From a virus: a DNA stretch of 46,874 nucleotides. Below are positions 1 to 8,491 of the stretch, in pieces (position 1 is the stretch's first letter; each line of letters begins with the position of its first letter). The notes below the pieces were generated by a model that searched no databases, was not told where the DNA came from, and saw only the letters and a program-made list of their open reading frames with translations. Both the position numbers and the translations under genes were made by a program. The DNA is taken from the IMG/VR virus record IMGVR_UViG_3300035181_001974, one strand, 5' to 3'.

Positions 1-514
1 AGGTGTGAACAGGCATGCCGCCGAAGCCGGCGTCAAATGCGTGCGCTGCGTCCAGGATCATTGGAACGCTGTGAGCATTGCACACCTCACGGATGCCTCT
101 CAAGTCGGGCGGCGTGCCTGCCCAGGCCACAACCATTACAGCTCGAGTGTCGTCATCGATGGCGGCCTCGACTGTCTCAGGAGTGAGCATGCCTGTTTCA
201 GGGTCCACGTCGGCCCAGTTGATCCGCGCGCCCGCGGCTACGATCGGCGTGTTAGTCGCCACACACGTCATTGGCGTTGAGACGACGTTACAGCGATGAT
301 CGACGCCAGAGAGGTGCAGTGCCAGCGTCAGTGCTGAAGTGCAGCTGTTGACGAGAATCAGATTCTCGGCCTGCAGCTCGTGCTTCATGGCCGCGGTCAA
401 CTTGGTGACCTCGAGGCCTTCGTTGATGAAACCCGAAGCAAAGACCTTTTCGATCTCGTTAAGAGCCCGGGGCTTGTCCACGTGAACCTTGAACAGTGGG
501 TACGTCTTGCTCAC
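1..514 (-). CDS. PLP-dependent sugar aminotransferase, DegT/PseC family, 5' partial (N-terminal ~171 aa; rest lies beyond the window edge)
   Basis: Not in the ORF track. Hand translation of the minus strand from GTG at 514..512 gives VSKTYPLFKVHVDKPRALNEIEKVFASGFINEGLEVTKLTAAMKHELQAENLILVNSCTSALTLALHLSGV...VVSTPMTCVATNTPIVAAGARINWADVDPETGML, which matches the N-terminal architecture of DegT/DnrJ/EryC1 aminotransferases. GTG overlaps the TGA of the upstream dehydratase gene (GTGA). GGAGA sits 7 nt upstream. Confidence 0.6.
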   Translation of the reverse strand, partial: MSKTYPLFKVHVDKPRALNEIEKVFASGFINEGLEVTKLTAAMKHELQAENLILVNSCTSALTLALHLSGVDHRCNVVSTPMTCVATNTPIVAAGARINWADVDPETGMLTPETVEAAIDDDTRAVMVVAWAGTPPDLRGIREVCNAHSVPMILDAAHAFDAGFGGMPVHT

Positions 515-1542
515 TTGCGAATCTCCTCGATTGAACGACCCTCAAACTCATCCGACGACTTGTCGATGATGCCCAAGCGTGTCAAATGTTCTTTCAGCTG
601 GTTCTTGGTGAAGACCTGGTGATTGCTGGAGTATGTGAACGCATCATTTTTGCCTGCGAGGTGCGCTGGTCCGATGATGTAGTTCTGCTTGTCGTTGCTC
701 AATGTGGTGCGCACTGATTCAGATGCATTGATCAGGTCTTCGTGCATCTTTTCACCTGGACGCAGGCCGATGATCTTCACTTGTTTCCCGTGGCGCTCGG
801 CAAAGATTTCCGCGAGGTCGCCGATCTTCATGGCAGGCAGCCGCGGGATCCAGGTTTCACCCGACTCACCCTTTTTGAAAGCAGTCAAAATCAGATCGAC
901 AGAATCGTCGAGTGTCATGACGTACCTCGTCATATTCGGATCGGTGACAGTCAGGTAAGGCTGAGTCTCGGCTTGGTACTTGAACAGCGGAATGATACTG
1001 CCGCGTGATTCCAGGACGTTTCCATAGCGAACTGCCAGATAGCGTATCCACTGGTGACCCGTCATTGACTGACTGGTCACGACACGTTCTGAGGCGGCCT
1101 TGCACATGCCGTAGACGTTGACGGGTGCACACGCCTTGTCGGTAGAGACGAAGAGGCAAGCCTCGAGCCACGTTGGACGCAACTCATTCAAGGCATTGAC
1201 AACGTTGACAGTGCCTTGCAGGTTTGTGGCAATCGCCTCAGTGGGCGACAGTTCGCAGGTATCGACCTGCTTCAACGCAGCGGCGATGATAATGTGGGTG
1301 GGTTGAGTCTGGCGAATGACGTCCTTGACACGGGAAGGATCACGGATGTCGCCAACGTAAAACTTGAGATCAGAGGCACGAGGACGGGCCGCAAGCTCAT
1401 TGCGAATCGTCCAGTGTTTAGCCTCGTCCCGTGAATAGACAGCAACTTGATCGGGCGGCGACAACCGTTCGATCAGCTTTTTGCCCAGGGAGCCCGTTCC
1501 ACCGAAAATGAGGTACCGCGACATCTGTGGCCATTCTATCAC
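511..1542 (-). CDS. UDP-GlcNAc 4,6-dehydratase (PseB/FlaA1/CapD-like short-chain dehydrogenase); likely start at the internal Met (1524)
   Basis: FGGTGSLGK Rossmann motif, YSRDE, GDIRD, AAALKQV, STDKACAPVNVYG..K catalytic Y-x3-K, RYGNV..SRGS, IGLRPGEKMHE. These are collinear with H. pylori PseB/FlaA1. Confidence 0.85.
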   Translation of the reverse strand: MIEWPQMSRYLIFGGTGSLGKKLIERLSPPDQVAVYSRDEAKHWTIRNELAARPRASDLKFYVGDIRDPSRVKDVIRQTQPTHIIIAAALKQVDTCELSPTEAIATNLQGTVNVVNALNELRPTWLEACLFVSTDKACAPVNVYGMCKAASERVVTSQSMTGHQWIRYLAVRYGNVLESRGSIIPLFKYQAETQPYLTVTDPNMTRYVMTLDDSVDLILTAFKKGESGETWIPRLPAMKIGDLAEIFAERHGKQVKIIGLRPGEKMHEDLINASESVRTTLSNDKQNYIIGPAHLAGKNDAFTYSSNHQVFTKNQLKEHLTRLGIIDKSSDEFEGRSIEEIRK

Positions 1543-2399
1543 AGCCTGGTGACTTTGTACCCTTCGGGACCCACGATGTTGGCATAGCGGGTGCTCTTGT
1601 AACCAATCTTGGCAAGTTCTTCAGGCGTTGACCACGAGCCCGTCACAGTCTTGGTTCCCCAGCTCGCCGCGTCAGCATTGAAGATGCCACCATCGAGGAT
1701 GGCATTGATGGGATACTGCACGTAATACGCCCGCTGGAAATCTAGCTCAGAAAACTTGGGCATCCCGCGCAGCCTTCTGAATGACTCGACCATGGCTGAA
1801 TAACGATTGAGGGCAGGCAGCTGTGTCAGGAACGTTGTCTTCAGGATGCCGGGTTGTTCTGACTCTTCAAATGAAACGCGCTTGCCGTTGACCTTGTTGG
1901 TGTGCGACTGCCAGATGTTACGCCGTGATTCTGGTAGTGGCCGGTCTTTGTCGTAAAGGTGCCTGTTATCGTAGTCGTATTCATGGAGTCGAACTGCACC
2001 GATCTCTGGGTGGGTGTCGAGGTAGGAGGCTGCGGTCCAGATCTTGTTGAAGTCATAGTGCATCATGTCTGATTCGATGATGTACGTGTACTTCGGAGGA
2101 TCTGACTCTAACGAACGCAGCCACCAGTCGATGGCGGTCCAATAACCCACGTTGGAGTCTGCCACATAGACGTTCTTGAAGGCTCCGTAAAGCAACTCGT
2201 GAACGTCTGGTTGGTTTGAGGCATTGTCGAAGACCGTGAGATCAGTGACAAGCTCTGGCGCCTGTTCCTGAATGTTCTTGATGACAGACTTCAGGATCTC
2301 GACGCGGGTCGGCTCCAGGCAACACGTCACCATCAAGAATTTGACACTCACTCGCACCTCTTGATGGTGTATCCGTGAGGTTGAATCGTGATCTCGCAC
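1539..2399 (-). CDS. glycosyltransferase family 2-like protein (start uncertain: GTG 2399 or ATG 2333)
   Basis: VFDNASNQPDV (like DxGSTD) and IESDMMHYD (DxD-like) motifs. Coupled 4-nt overlap with the dehydratase gene. Confidence 0.45.
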   Translation of the reverse strand: MRDHDSTSRIHHQEVRVSVKFLMVTCCLEPTRVEILKSVIKNIQEQAPELVTDLTVFDNASNQPDVHELLYGAFKNVYVADSNVGYWTAIDWWLRSLESDPPKYTYIIESDMMHYDFNKIWTAASYLDTHPEIGAVRLHEYDYDNRHLYDKDRPLPESRRNIWQSHTNKVNGKRVSFEESEQPGILKTTFLTQLPALNRYSAMVESFRRLRGMPKFSELDFQRAYYVQYPINAILDGGIFNADAASWGTKTVTGSWSTPEELAKIGYKSTRYANIVGPEGYKVTRL

Positions 2400-2602
2400 T
2401 TGAATGTCCTGTCAGGTGGATGTTCGCTGCAGCAACACGAGCCAAATGCCATGACAGTCTCACCGGCCTCGAGTGCCTCAAACTCTCGTGGGTCCCAGAC
2501 TAGATCGTAGATCCGACTGTGGAACTCACCGTTCGATATGTGGCCTTTCTCCCATGTTTCGAGGGTGTGACGGACTTTCTCAGCCAGTTCTTCGTAGTTC
2601 AT
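2348..2602 (-). CDS. hypothetical protein (84 aa)
   Basis: ORF in the co-directional operon, with 4-nt overlaps to its neighbours. No recognisable motif. Confidence 0.35.
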   Translation of the reverse strand: MNYEELAEKVRHTLETWEKGHISNGEFHSRIYDLVWDPREFEALEAGETVMAFGSCCCSEHPPDRTFKCEITIQPHGYTIKRCE

Positions 2603-3516
2603 AGCGACTCGATCAATTTTCTATAGGGCTCATAACCCGCGGGAAGTTTCCATGCCTCTACGTTGGGAATTGCCGGCGTAGCGTTGAAGACATCATCAGC
2701 AATTGCAGAGGAAGGCAACACCTGTTCTGCGATGCCGACTGGCCTGGAGACTACTGGCACATTGAGCAGGCCACACTCGATCAATGACTGCGGGCCTCCC
2801 TCGTGACGTGCGGTGACCGGGTAAAGGTCAAGCGTCTGGTAGAGTTCATTGACCGTCTCGTGCGGGGGCCGTTCCAGGTAAGTGTACGGGACGCCCGCCT
2901 CTTCTAGACGTCCAATCAGGTACTGACGTCGCCAACCTGCCAGGACCACGTGTACCTTATCGTCGCCGATGATGCCTCGTTGGCGATGCTTCCGGATGAT
3001 GAAATCTGCGAGTAGATCAGGGCCCTTTTCGAGCTTTGGGCTCTTCAGGTCCTTACCTTCTGTGTCACGTTGGAATGAACCGATGACGTAGGCATCTGTC
3101 GGAATCCCGTACTTCTGCCGCAGCAATCCCTTGTCCAACGTCGGCAGCCAGATCTTCTGGTTGGCCCAGTACTTGATGAGATGGATAGGCTTTTCAGTCA
3201 AGGGTCTAATGAACGAGTGCGTCCGTTCGTTGTAAACGTGATAGGCTGTGGTCACCAGGTCGCGTTGCCTGAAATCATCGAGTTCCTTGAACCCAAATTT
3301 CTCTGGTGTGATGTGATGAACTGTGGTGATCACCTTTTTGTAACGCAACAATCCCGCGTTCGATAGACCTTCCCAACACCAGTCGGCCAACAACCAAACA
3401 ACGTGAGCGTCCTTGGGATGATAGACGCTGATGTCGGCATTGTCTTCGTTCCATTCCTTGACGAAGCGGTCGACGATCCAGTCTTCTTTGGGAGGCAGCA
3501 CGTAAACCTTGTTCAT
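2599..3516 (-). CDS. putative GT-B fold glycosyltransferase
   Basis: C-terminal HEGGPQSLIECGLLNVPVVS resembles the GT1/GT4 E-x7-E region. Start/stop-coupled to its neighbours. Confidence 0.4.
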   Translation of the reverse strand: MNKVYVLPPKEDWIVDRFVKEWNEDNADISVYHPKDAHVVWLLADWCWEGLSNAGLLRYKKVITTVHHITPEKFGFKELDDFRQRDLVTTAYHVYNERTHSFIRPLTEKPIHLIKYWANQKIWLPTLDKGLLRQKYGIPTDAYVIGSFQRDTEGKDLKSPKLEKGPDLLADFIIRKHRQRGIIGDDKVHVVLAGWRRQYLIGRLEEAGVPYTYLERPPHETVNELYQTLDLYPVTARHEGGPQSLIECGLLNVPVVSRPVGIAEQVLPSSAIADDVFNATPAIPNVEAWKLPAGYEPYRKLIESL

Positions 3517-4445
3517 GCGAGTACCGATTCGAACAGTTCAATGTAGCGCCGCGTGACATTCTTGATGTCGATGTCGGCGATGCTGGTATAGTCGAGATCG
3601 CGACGGTCTGGCAGGTCTTCGACCTGCCTCACATCGATCATGGGTGGATTATCGTAGTCCTCAAGCGTGTAGTCGTACGGCTGCTCCTGTAGGACGTGGC
3701 CATAAGAGCCGATGAGTTCCTTGGTTCCACCCACGGATGCGCATGCCACGGGAGTTCCTTGTGACAGAGCTTCTACGACAACGTTGGGGCAATGGTCAGC
3801 CCACGCTAGATGCAGCATCCATGAGGCTGCAGCATACACCTGCATGTAGACATCGGGACCAACAGGACCAGTGTAGAAGACGTGTGGGTCTGCCACACGC
3901 ACGTCAGGGTCCTTACCCATAATGATCAGGGCGCTGTTGGGCCGCTTCTCGCGGAGGTGCATGTAGAGTTCAACGTTTGACTTGAGGCGCTTCTGTGGGT
4001 GCCAATTCGAGCTGCAGACGTAGATGCGCTCATAATCATGCACCAATTTGCTCAGCGCCGGAATGGTCAACTCCTTGAGAGGCACCGTGTCGATCCCGTT
4101 GCGGATGACGGTGTGCCGGGTGACGCCTCCCCACCACTTCTCAACGAAGTTGCGATCAAATTCCGACTGAAAGACGACGGCGTCGGCGGCGCCGTACAAC
4201 GCCTTGATGTTCGAGTTCTTGGTGTGAAACTCTTCGGGTTTGAACCAGACGCCGTCTAGGCGCTGGACGACTTTCTTGGCAAGGGGTGCCCCACTGCGTT
4301 CGATGAAGACCAGTGAAACGTCGGCCTCGGCTACCGAGAGCGTCACCTCGTGTCCGCTCTCGAACAACCCACGGGCTAGGCGGCCTGCGAAGGTGTTGGG
4401 GCCGGACAAAGAGTTGAAATTGACACCGTCGAAGTGCACCTTCAT
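3513..4445 (-). CDS. glycosyltransferase family 4 (GT-B)
   Basis: NVVVEALSQGTPVACASVGGTKELI resembles the GT4 EGFGLVLLEAMACGLPVIA donor-binding motif. Confidence 0.65.
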   Translation of the reverse strand: MKVHFDGVNFNSLSGPNTFAGRLARGLFESGHEVTLSVAEADVSLVFIERSGAPLAKKVVQRLDGVWFKPEEFHTKNSNIKALYGAADAVVFQSEFDRNFVEKWWGGVTRHTVIRNGIDTVPLKELTIPALSKLVHDYERIYVCSSNWHPQKRLKSNVELYMHLREKRPNSALIIMGKDPDVRVADPHVFYTGPVGPDVYMQVYAAASWMLHLAWADHCPNVVVEALSQGTPVACASVGGTKELIGSYGHVLQEQPYDYTLEDYDNPPMIDVRQVEDLPDRRDLDYTSIADIDIKNVTRRYIELFESVLA

Positions 4446-4825
4446 GATCGACGCTTGATCTCCTGAATGATCGGCAACGAAAAGTCGGTCCCATGGAGCA
4501 TCATGCGCAACAATGCCAGCTCCTTGGTCTCGATGTTCTCCAGCCTGGCACGCTGCGAGAAGATGTTGGGATCGAGCTCATAGCGATTGTTGATGAGGAT
4601 GCTATCGTAGTACTGCTGCGCCACGTAGTTCATCGACTCATTGGTGATCTCGACCTGCGCGGCGGTGAAGACCTCGACGAGCGCGTCAAAGATGTCACCA
4701 TAGATCTGAGTGCAGACGTAGGGATTGAGGCCCTCCTCTGAACCCTCAGGTTTGATGTACTTCTTCAACTTCTCACCCAACAGCTGGGACACGGCCTCGT
4801 GGATTCCGACCTTCTTGTCACTCAT
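4442..4825 (-). CDS. hypothetical protein (127 aa)
   Basis: ORF coupled (4-nt overlaps) within the glycan operon. No motif recognised. Confidence 0.4.
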   Translation of the reverse strand: MSDKKVGIHEAVSQLLGEKLKKYIKPEGSEEGLNPYVCTQIYGDIFDALVEVFTAAQVEITNESMNYVAQQYYDSILINNRYELDPNIFSQRARLENIETKELALLRMMLHGTDFSLPIIQEIKRRS

Positions 4826-5757
4826 GGGTTCTCCGTGCGTAGGCTAGTGGCCTGCATGAATCTAACATACTCCTCGATGCATGTCTTCCAATCGCCCGTT
4901 GCAGCAGGATTCGGTCGGAAAACGCCTTTTTCGAGGATGAAGCGCAGCTCATTCCAGTCCTGGTAGACGTACTCATCTCCACAAGCGAACTCGACCGCGC
5001 CGCCGCCGTCCTTGTGCACGTAGGTTGGCAAGCCACAGGCAATCGATTCCAAGATGTGGTTGGGACCAGGATCGAACCTGGATGCTGACACATAGACATC
5101 ATGGCGACCCAGTTCTTCACCGAGTTTCTTGCCGTACAGCGGCCTCACAACCGTGGTGTGCTTAAAGTCGCACTTGTGTCGACCGATGTACGTGAAGGCG
5201 AACTTCTTGGGTTGAGCTCCGACGAAGCGATCAATTTCTTCGTAGATGTCGGCACCCTTCAACGGGTTGTCTGACCAGTGATGGGCCGCGATGTGCACCT
5301 TGCCGTCGTTGAACTTGTTCGCAGGGGCAAAGATGGTTGAATCGACCCCATTTTTGATGACGGTGTTGTTGGAGCAATTCCATCCTTTTTTCTCGAAATA
5401 TTTCTGCAGCCATCTCGAGACAAACACCGTGCCGTCGACGTACTCCGAGAGCTTCAAAAGGTATTCGTCGACCCCCGTAGTCCCCTTCCGGGCATCATTT
5501 TCGTTGACGCGGAGGACGATGCGAATGTCGCGGTGACCCGTCATGTGTAGCTTGTACATGACCGCCTGCTCAGCTGAGATGCCACCAGCCTCGCTGTCAA
5601 GGCCCGCGAGCAGGATGATATCGGGTGCCACCTGACGCTCATCAGCGGGAACCACTTCATGGCCCAATTCAGGAATGTGTTCGTAGGCAGCATTAATGAA
5701 GTGTGCGCCACCTCCCCAAGGTCCCCTAATCGGTCGACGATTGATGTAGACTCGCAC
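4822..5757 (-). CDS. GT-B fold glycosyltransferase (GT4-like)
   Basis: HILESIACGLPTYVHKDGGGAVEF is a GT4-like C-terminal motif. Confidence 0.55.
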   Translation of the reverse strand: MRVYINRRPIRGPWGGGAHFINAAYEHIPELGHEVVPADERQVAPDIILLAGLDSEAGGISAEQAVMYKLHMTGHRDIRIVLRVNENDARKGTTGVDEYLLKLSEYVDGTVFVSRWLQKYFEKKGWNCSNNTVIKNGVDSTIFAPANKFNDGKVHIAAHHWSDNPLKGADIYEEIDRFVGAQPKKFAFTYIGRHKCDFKHTTVVRPLYGKKLGEELGRHDVYVSASRFDPGPNHILESIACGLPTYVHKDGGGAVEFACGDEYVYQDWNELRFILEKGVFRPNPAATGDWKTCIEEYVRFMQATSLRTENP

Positions 5758-6421
5758 GTGCTTCTCGCTCTTTCTGTCGACGAAGCTTTTGTGCTTCGCT
5801 ACGACGACGCTTGGTTTCAGGATTCTGAGACGTTTGTCTCATGTTGTTCTTTGCTTGTTCGCTGATCGTACGACCACGTAATTTTTCACTACGTTTACGT
5901 CGAGACTCTTCCGAATGTTTAACCCCCATGCCGGACTCAACACACCTTTTCGACCCCATTGTGGGTTGTTCTATCCGGAGAGGCGGTCACCGATGGTACG
6001 TCGAATTTTCTCGACAGATTCTGGAGTGTGGTTGTGACCATAGAACGGGTTTGCTACGCCCGACAAAGTGCCACCATCACCGCCCAGGGTCATGTTATAC
6101 CCAAAGCCGCCAACAAGTGCACAGGTGTTATATTCAGCAATGAACTTAACTTCGAGTCGTTTTGCTTCTTCGAACGTTTCGACCCGTGCCAACACCTCCC
6201 GCCGCCACACGTCATCTGACGTACCGTGTTTACACTTTTTAGTGTCTGTGAACGTGATGTGTTTCGTTGTTTCACTTCGTGACCGCATCACACCTGCTGC
6301 ATGAATCAGATTGATAACGCCAGAGTAACTGATGTCAACACCCGCGCCCTAAAGGCGTTCCAGGATGCCAACTGACGACAGCTTTTCATTGACGTACATG
6401 TCAACAATTGACTGACACACT
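5726..6421 (-). pseudogene. decayed GIY-YIG-type homing endonuclease with NUMOD3 repeats (in-frame amber stop at 6351..6349 plus a frameshift near 5960)
   Basis: Track ORFs 6349..6675 (its 3' part) and 5971..6291 are in the same frame and separated only by TAG. The read-through gives ...ISYSGVINLIHAAGVMRS...EYNTCALVGGFGYNMTLGGDGG..NPFYGHNHTPESVEKIRRTIG. ORF 5726..5959, in another frame, carries two more G-x-x-[HI]S-x-E-x-x-K NUMOD3-like units (GRTISEQAKNNMRQ, NPETKRRRSEAQKLRRQ). Confidence 0.4.
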
Positions 6422-7249
6422 TCAGGTGGATGCTTTGTGTGATGACGTCTGTAGACCTTCTTCCCACGGTTTTCCTTGGGCAACGTAACCTCTTCCGCGC
6501 AAGAAGTCAGCTTCTGCTTTTTGAAACTTTGCGTCATCAGTCTGATAAACAGCACCGCCGCGCTCATCAATGGTATAGTGATACATGACGCGTGGAACAA
6601 ATCCACGCCTCTTTGCATTATGCAACACCGGGAGATAAAGGCTTTGGTCGCCGGCCCTACGAACAAGATCACCATTCATATTGGTAAAGTTTTCGTAAGG
6701 TACGCCATTCAGAAGGCTCTTACGAAAGGTCTTTAGGTGGCTGGAGACCCACGGGTATTTGTACGGGTCAGCATCTCCGGGCATCGGAGCTGAGATGTTC
6801 TTGTCAGTAAAACCCCAACGATGTGCCGTCCACAGGGCGTCTGCGCCGCTCTGGTTGTAGAGAACGTTTAGGTACGTCAGAGCATCGAGCTCTGTCAACC
6901 AATCGTCCGCGTCAATGCGACAGACGATGTCGCTGTCCTCACACTCCTGCAGACCTCTGAGGACGTTGGCAACCTCCCACTTCTTCTCAGCGTTCCAGAT
7001 TGTAGTGACACGGCCAGAATTGAGGTGATCGAAGCGTTGCAGCCAGTCTTTTGCGTTGGCTACATGCACAGAATCGGACACATCATCGATCAGGACGATC
7101 TTCCAGTTGTCATATGACTGCCCATAGATGCTGTAAAGCATCCTGGGCAATGTTTCCGATGCATTGAACATCGGTGCCACAAAACAAAACCTATTTTGGT
7201 GTTCTGGCATGATGGTACACGTACCCTTTTGCAGATTCACGATGACCAT
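6422..7249 (-). CDS. glycosyltransferase family 2 (alternative start at ATG 7210)
   Basis: FCFVAPMFNASETL...YGQSYDNWKIVLIDDVSDS is a classic GT2 N-terminal segment. DADDW resembles the DxD motif. Confidence 0.7.
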   Translation of the reverse strand: MVIVNLQKGTCTIMPEHQNRFCFVAPMFNASETLPRMLYSIYGQSYDNWKIVLIDDVSDSVHVANAKDWLQRFDHLNSGRVTTIWNAEKKWEVANVLRGLQECEDSDIVCRIDADDWLTELDALTYLNVLYNQSGADALWTAHRWGFTDKNISAPMPGDADPYKYPWVSSHLKTFRKSLLNGVPYENFTNMNGDLVRRAGDQSLYLPVLHNAKRRGFVPRVMYHYTIDERGGAVYQTDDAKFQKAEADFLRGRGYVAQGKPWEEGLQTSSHKAST

Positions 7250-7324
7250 TCAAAACTTGCAAGATCATTGATCTGCTGACGCCCATTTTCATGGCAGCCT
7301 CTTTGATCGAAGAAAGGCTTATTG

Positions 7325-8050
7325 TCACCAGTCGTCACGGGAAACACCGCCCTTTGTCAGGAGGACCTGACCGTAGTCGACCTGATCGTCAGTGAACCGA
7401 CGATCGTCGAAAAACATCCTGCGATCCATGATGATCAGTTCCTTCGACGGGTCATCAACCTCGTCGATCAGGTCGCGGCACTGGATGCCTGGGTCGTTCT
7501 TCGACGGCAGATGATAGTCGTCAAAGAGAAGGCATTTGTTCCAGCGATCCTTGGTCAGCTCCCAGTCCAGCCGCGTGCCGGCATACGAGTGGTCGCCATC
7601 GATGTAGACGAAGTCGAAGGAACCCTCGAGCTTCGGAATGAGGTCTCCCGAGGTTCCCTTCATGAACTGCACGTGCTTGAACCAATCATGAGGAAAGACC
7701 TGGCTTAGCATCTTGATGTAGTCCTCATTGAGGGCAGGATCGATGGTGATGATCTTGCCTTCGACGCCTGCATCTGAGAAGGCCCGAGCCGCACAGAAGG
7801 TTCCGTAGCCGCGGCCAAATCCGATCTCGAGCATTGACGTGATGCCCAATGATCGGATGAGATGATAGATCAGGATGCCACGCTCATAGTTTGAACGGTA
7901 GAACGCGCCGTACTTCTTGTAGTTGGGGTCATCCAGACCACGCTGACGTTCAGCAGTGAATCGACCGATGTAGTCGAAGTCGCCCATCACCACTGACCCC
8001 GGATCGACTCCGAGTGATTCGAGCTTTTGCTGGATCGTGATCTTCTTCAT
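7325..8050 (-). CDS. class I SAM-dependent O-methyltransferase (TylF/CmcI-like)
   Basis: MLEIGFGRGYGTFCAARA (motif I), KIITIDPA, FVYIDGDHSYAG. Confidence 0.75.
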   Translation of the reverse strand: MKKITIQQKLESLGVDPGSVVMGDFDYIGRFTAERQRGLDDPNYKKYGAFYRSNYERGILIYHLIRSLGITSMLEIGFGRGYGTFCAARAFSDAGVEGKIITIDPALNEDYIKMLSQVFPHDWFKHVQFMKGTSGDLIPKLEGSFDFVYIDGDHSYAGTRLDWELTKDRWNKCLLFDDYHLPSKNDPGIQCRDLIDEVDDPSKELIIMDRRMFFDDRRFTDDQVDYGQVLLTKGGVSRDDW

Positions 8051-8132
8051 CTTTGGTTTCCTCGGAATCTCAATCTTGGTGGGTCAACACTGGCAGTCAT
8101 CAACATCATAGCAGCAACTGCCACGACTGTCT

Positions 8133-8474
8133 TTAGGCGCTGCCATTCGACCACTCGCCTTCCAACTTGCGATACTCGATCGGGTGACCGAGCTCCTGGG
8201 CATGAGCGATGCCGTACTCCATGCCCTTACTCATGCCGAGGTCAGTGTACACGACAGTCTTATCTGAGGCCTCACGCCATGCAAAGCCAGCGGCGATGCC
8301 GTGCATTCGCTCGTCAGTGACGTCATCGCGGAGGACGCCTTCCTGAGTGTACAGTGCGTGGCTCGCGTATGGACTCTCACCTCTCGCTAGACAGTCACGC
8401 ATGCAGGCCCTGACGTACCGCATGTTCTTGTCAATGTCGCCAGCATAGGGCGACTCGATGATGACGCGGATCAT
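8133..8474 (-). CDS. DUF4406 / nucleoside 2-deoxyribosyltransferase-like fold protein (start placed at MIRVII, not the track's 8645)
   Basis: RVIIESPYAGD...CLARGESPYASH...VVYTDLGMSKGMEYGIAHAQELGHPI matches the DUF4406 pattern (KLYLAGPMRG...RARGHEVFSP...GWENSRGA..E). The truncated start avoids overlap with 8492..10399. Confidence 0.4.
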   Translation of the reverse strand: MIRVIIESPYAGDIDKNMRYVRACMRDCLARGESPYASHALYTQEGVLRDDVTDERMHGIAAGFAWREASDKTVVYTDLGMSKGMEYGIAHAQELGHPIEYRKLEGEWSNGSA

Positions 8475-8491
8475 CTTGGGAAAAGGCTTTC

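Noticed and set aside
5-622. Plus-strand track ORFs 5..280, 78..299 and 380..622 at the left edge.
   Set aside because: They are antisense to a well-supported DegT-like aminotransferase reading frame on the minus strand (GTG start at 514). They are open-frame artefacts.
4156-5120. Numerous antisense or overlapping track ORFs (for example 4156..4494, 4818..5120, 9490..10065, 17341..17740, 18223..18528, 45543..45920).
   Set aside because: They overlap longer ORFs with clear family motifs on the other strand or frame. They are typical of roughly 56% GC DNA and show no independent motif support.
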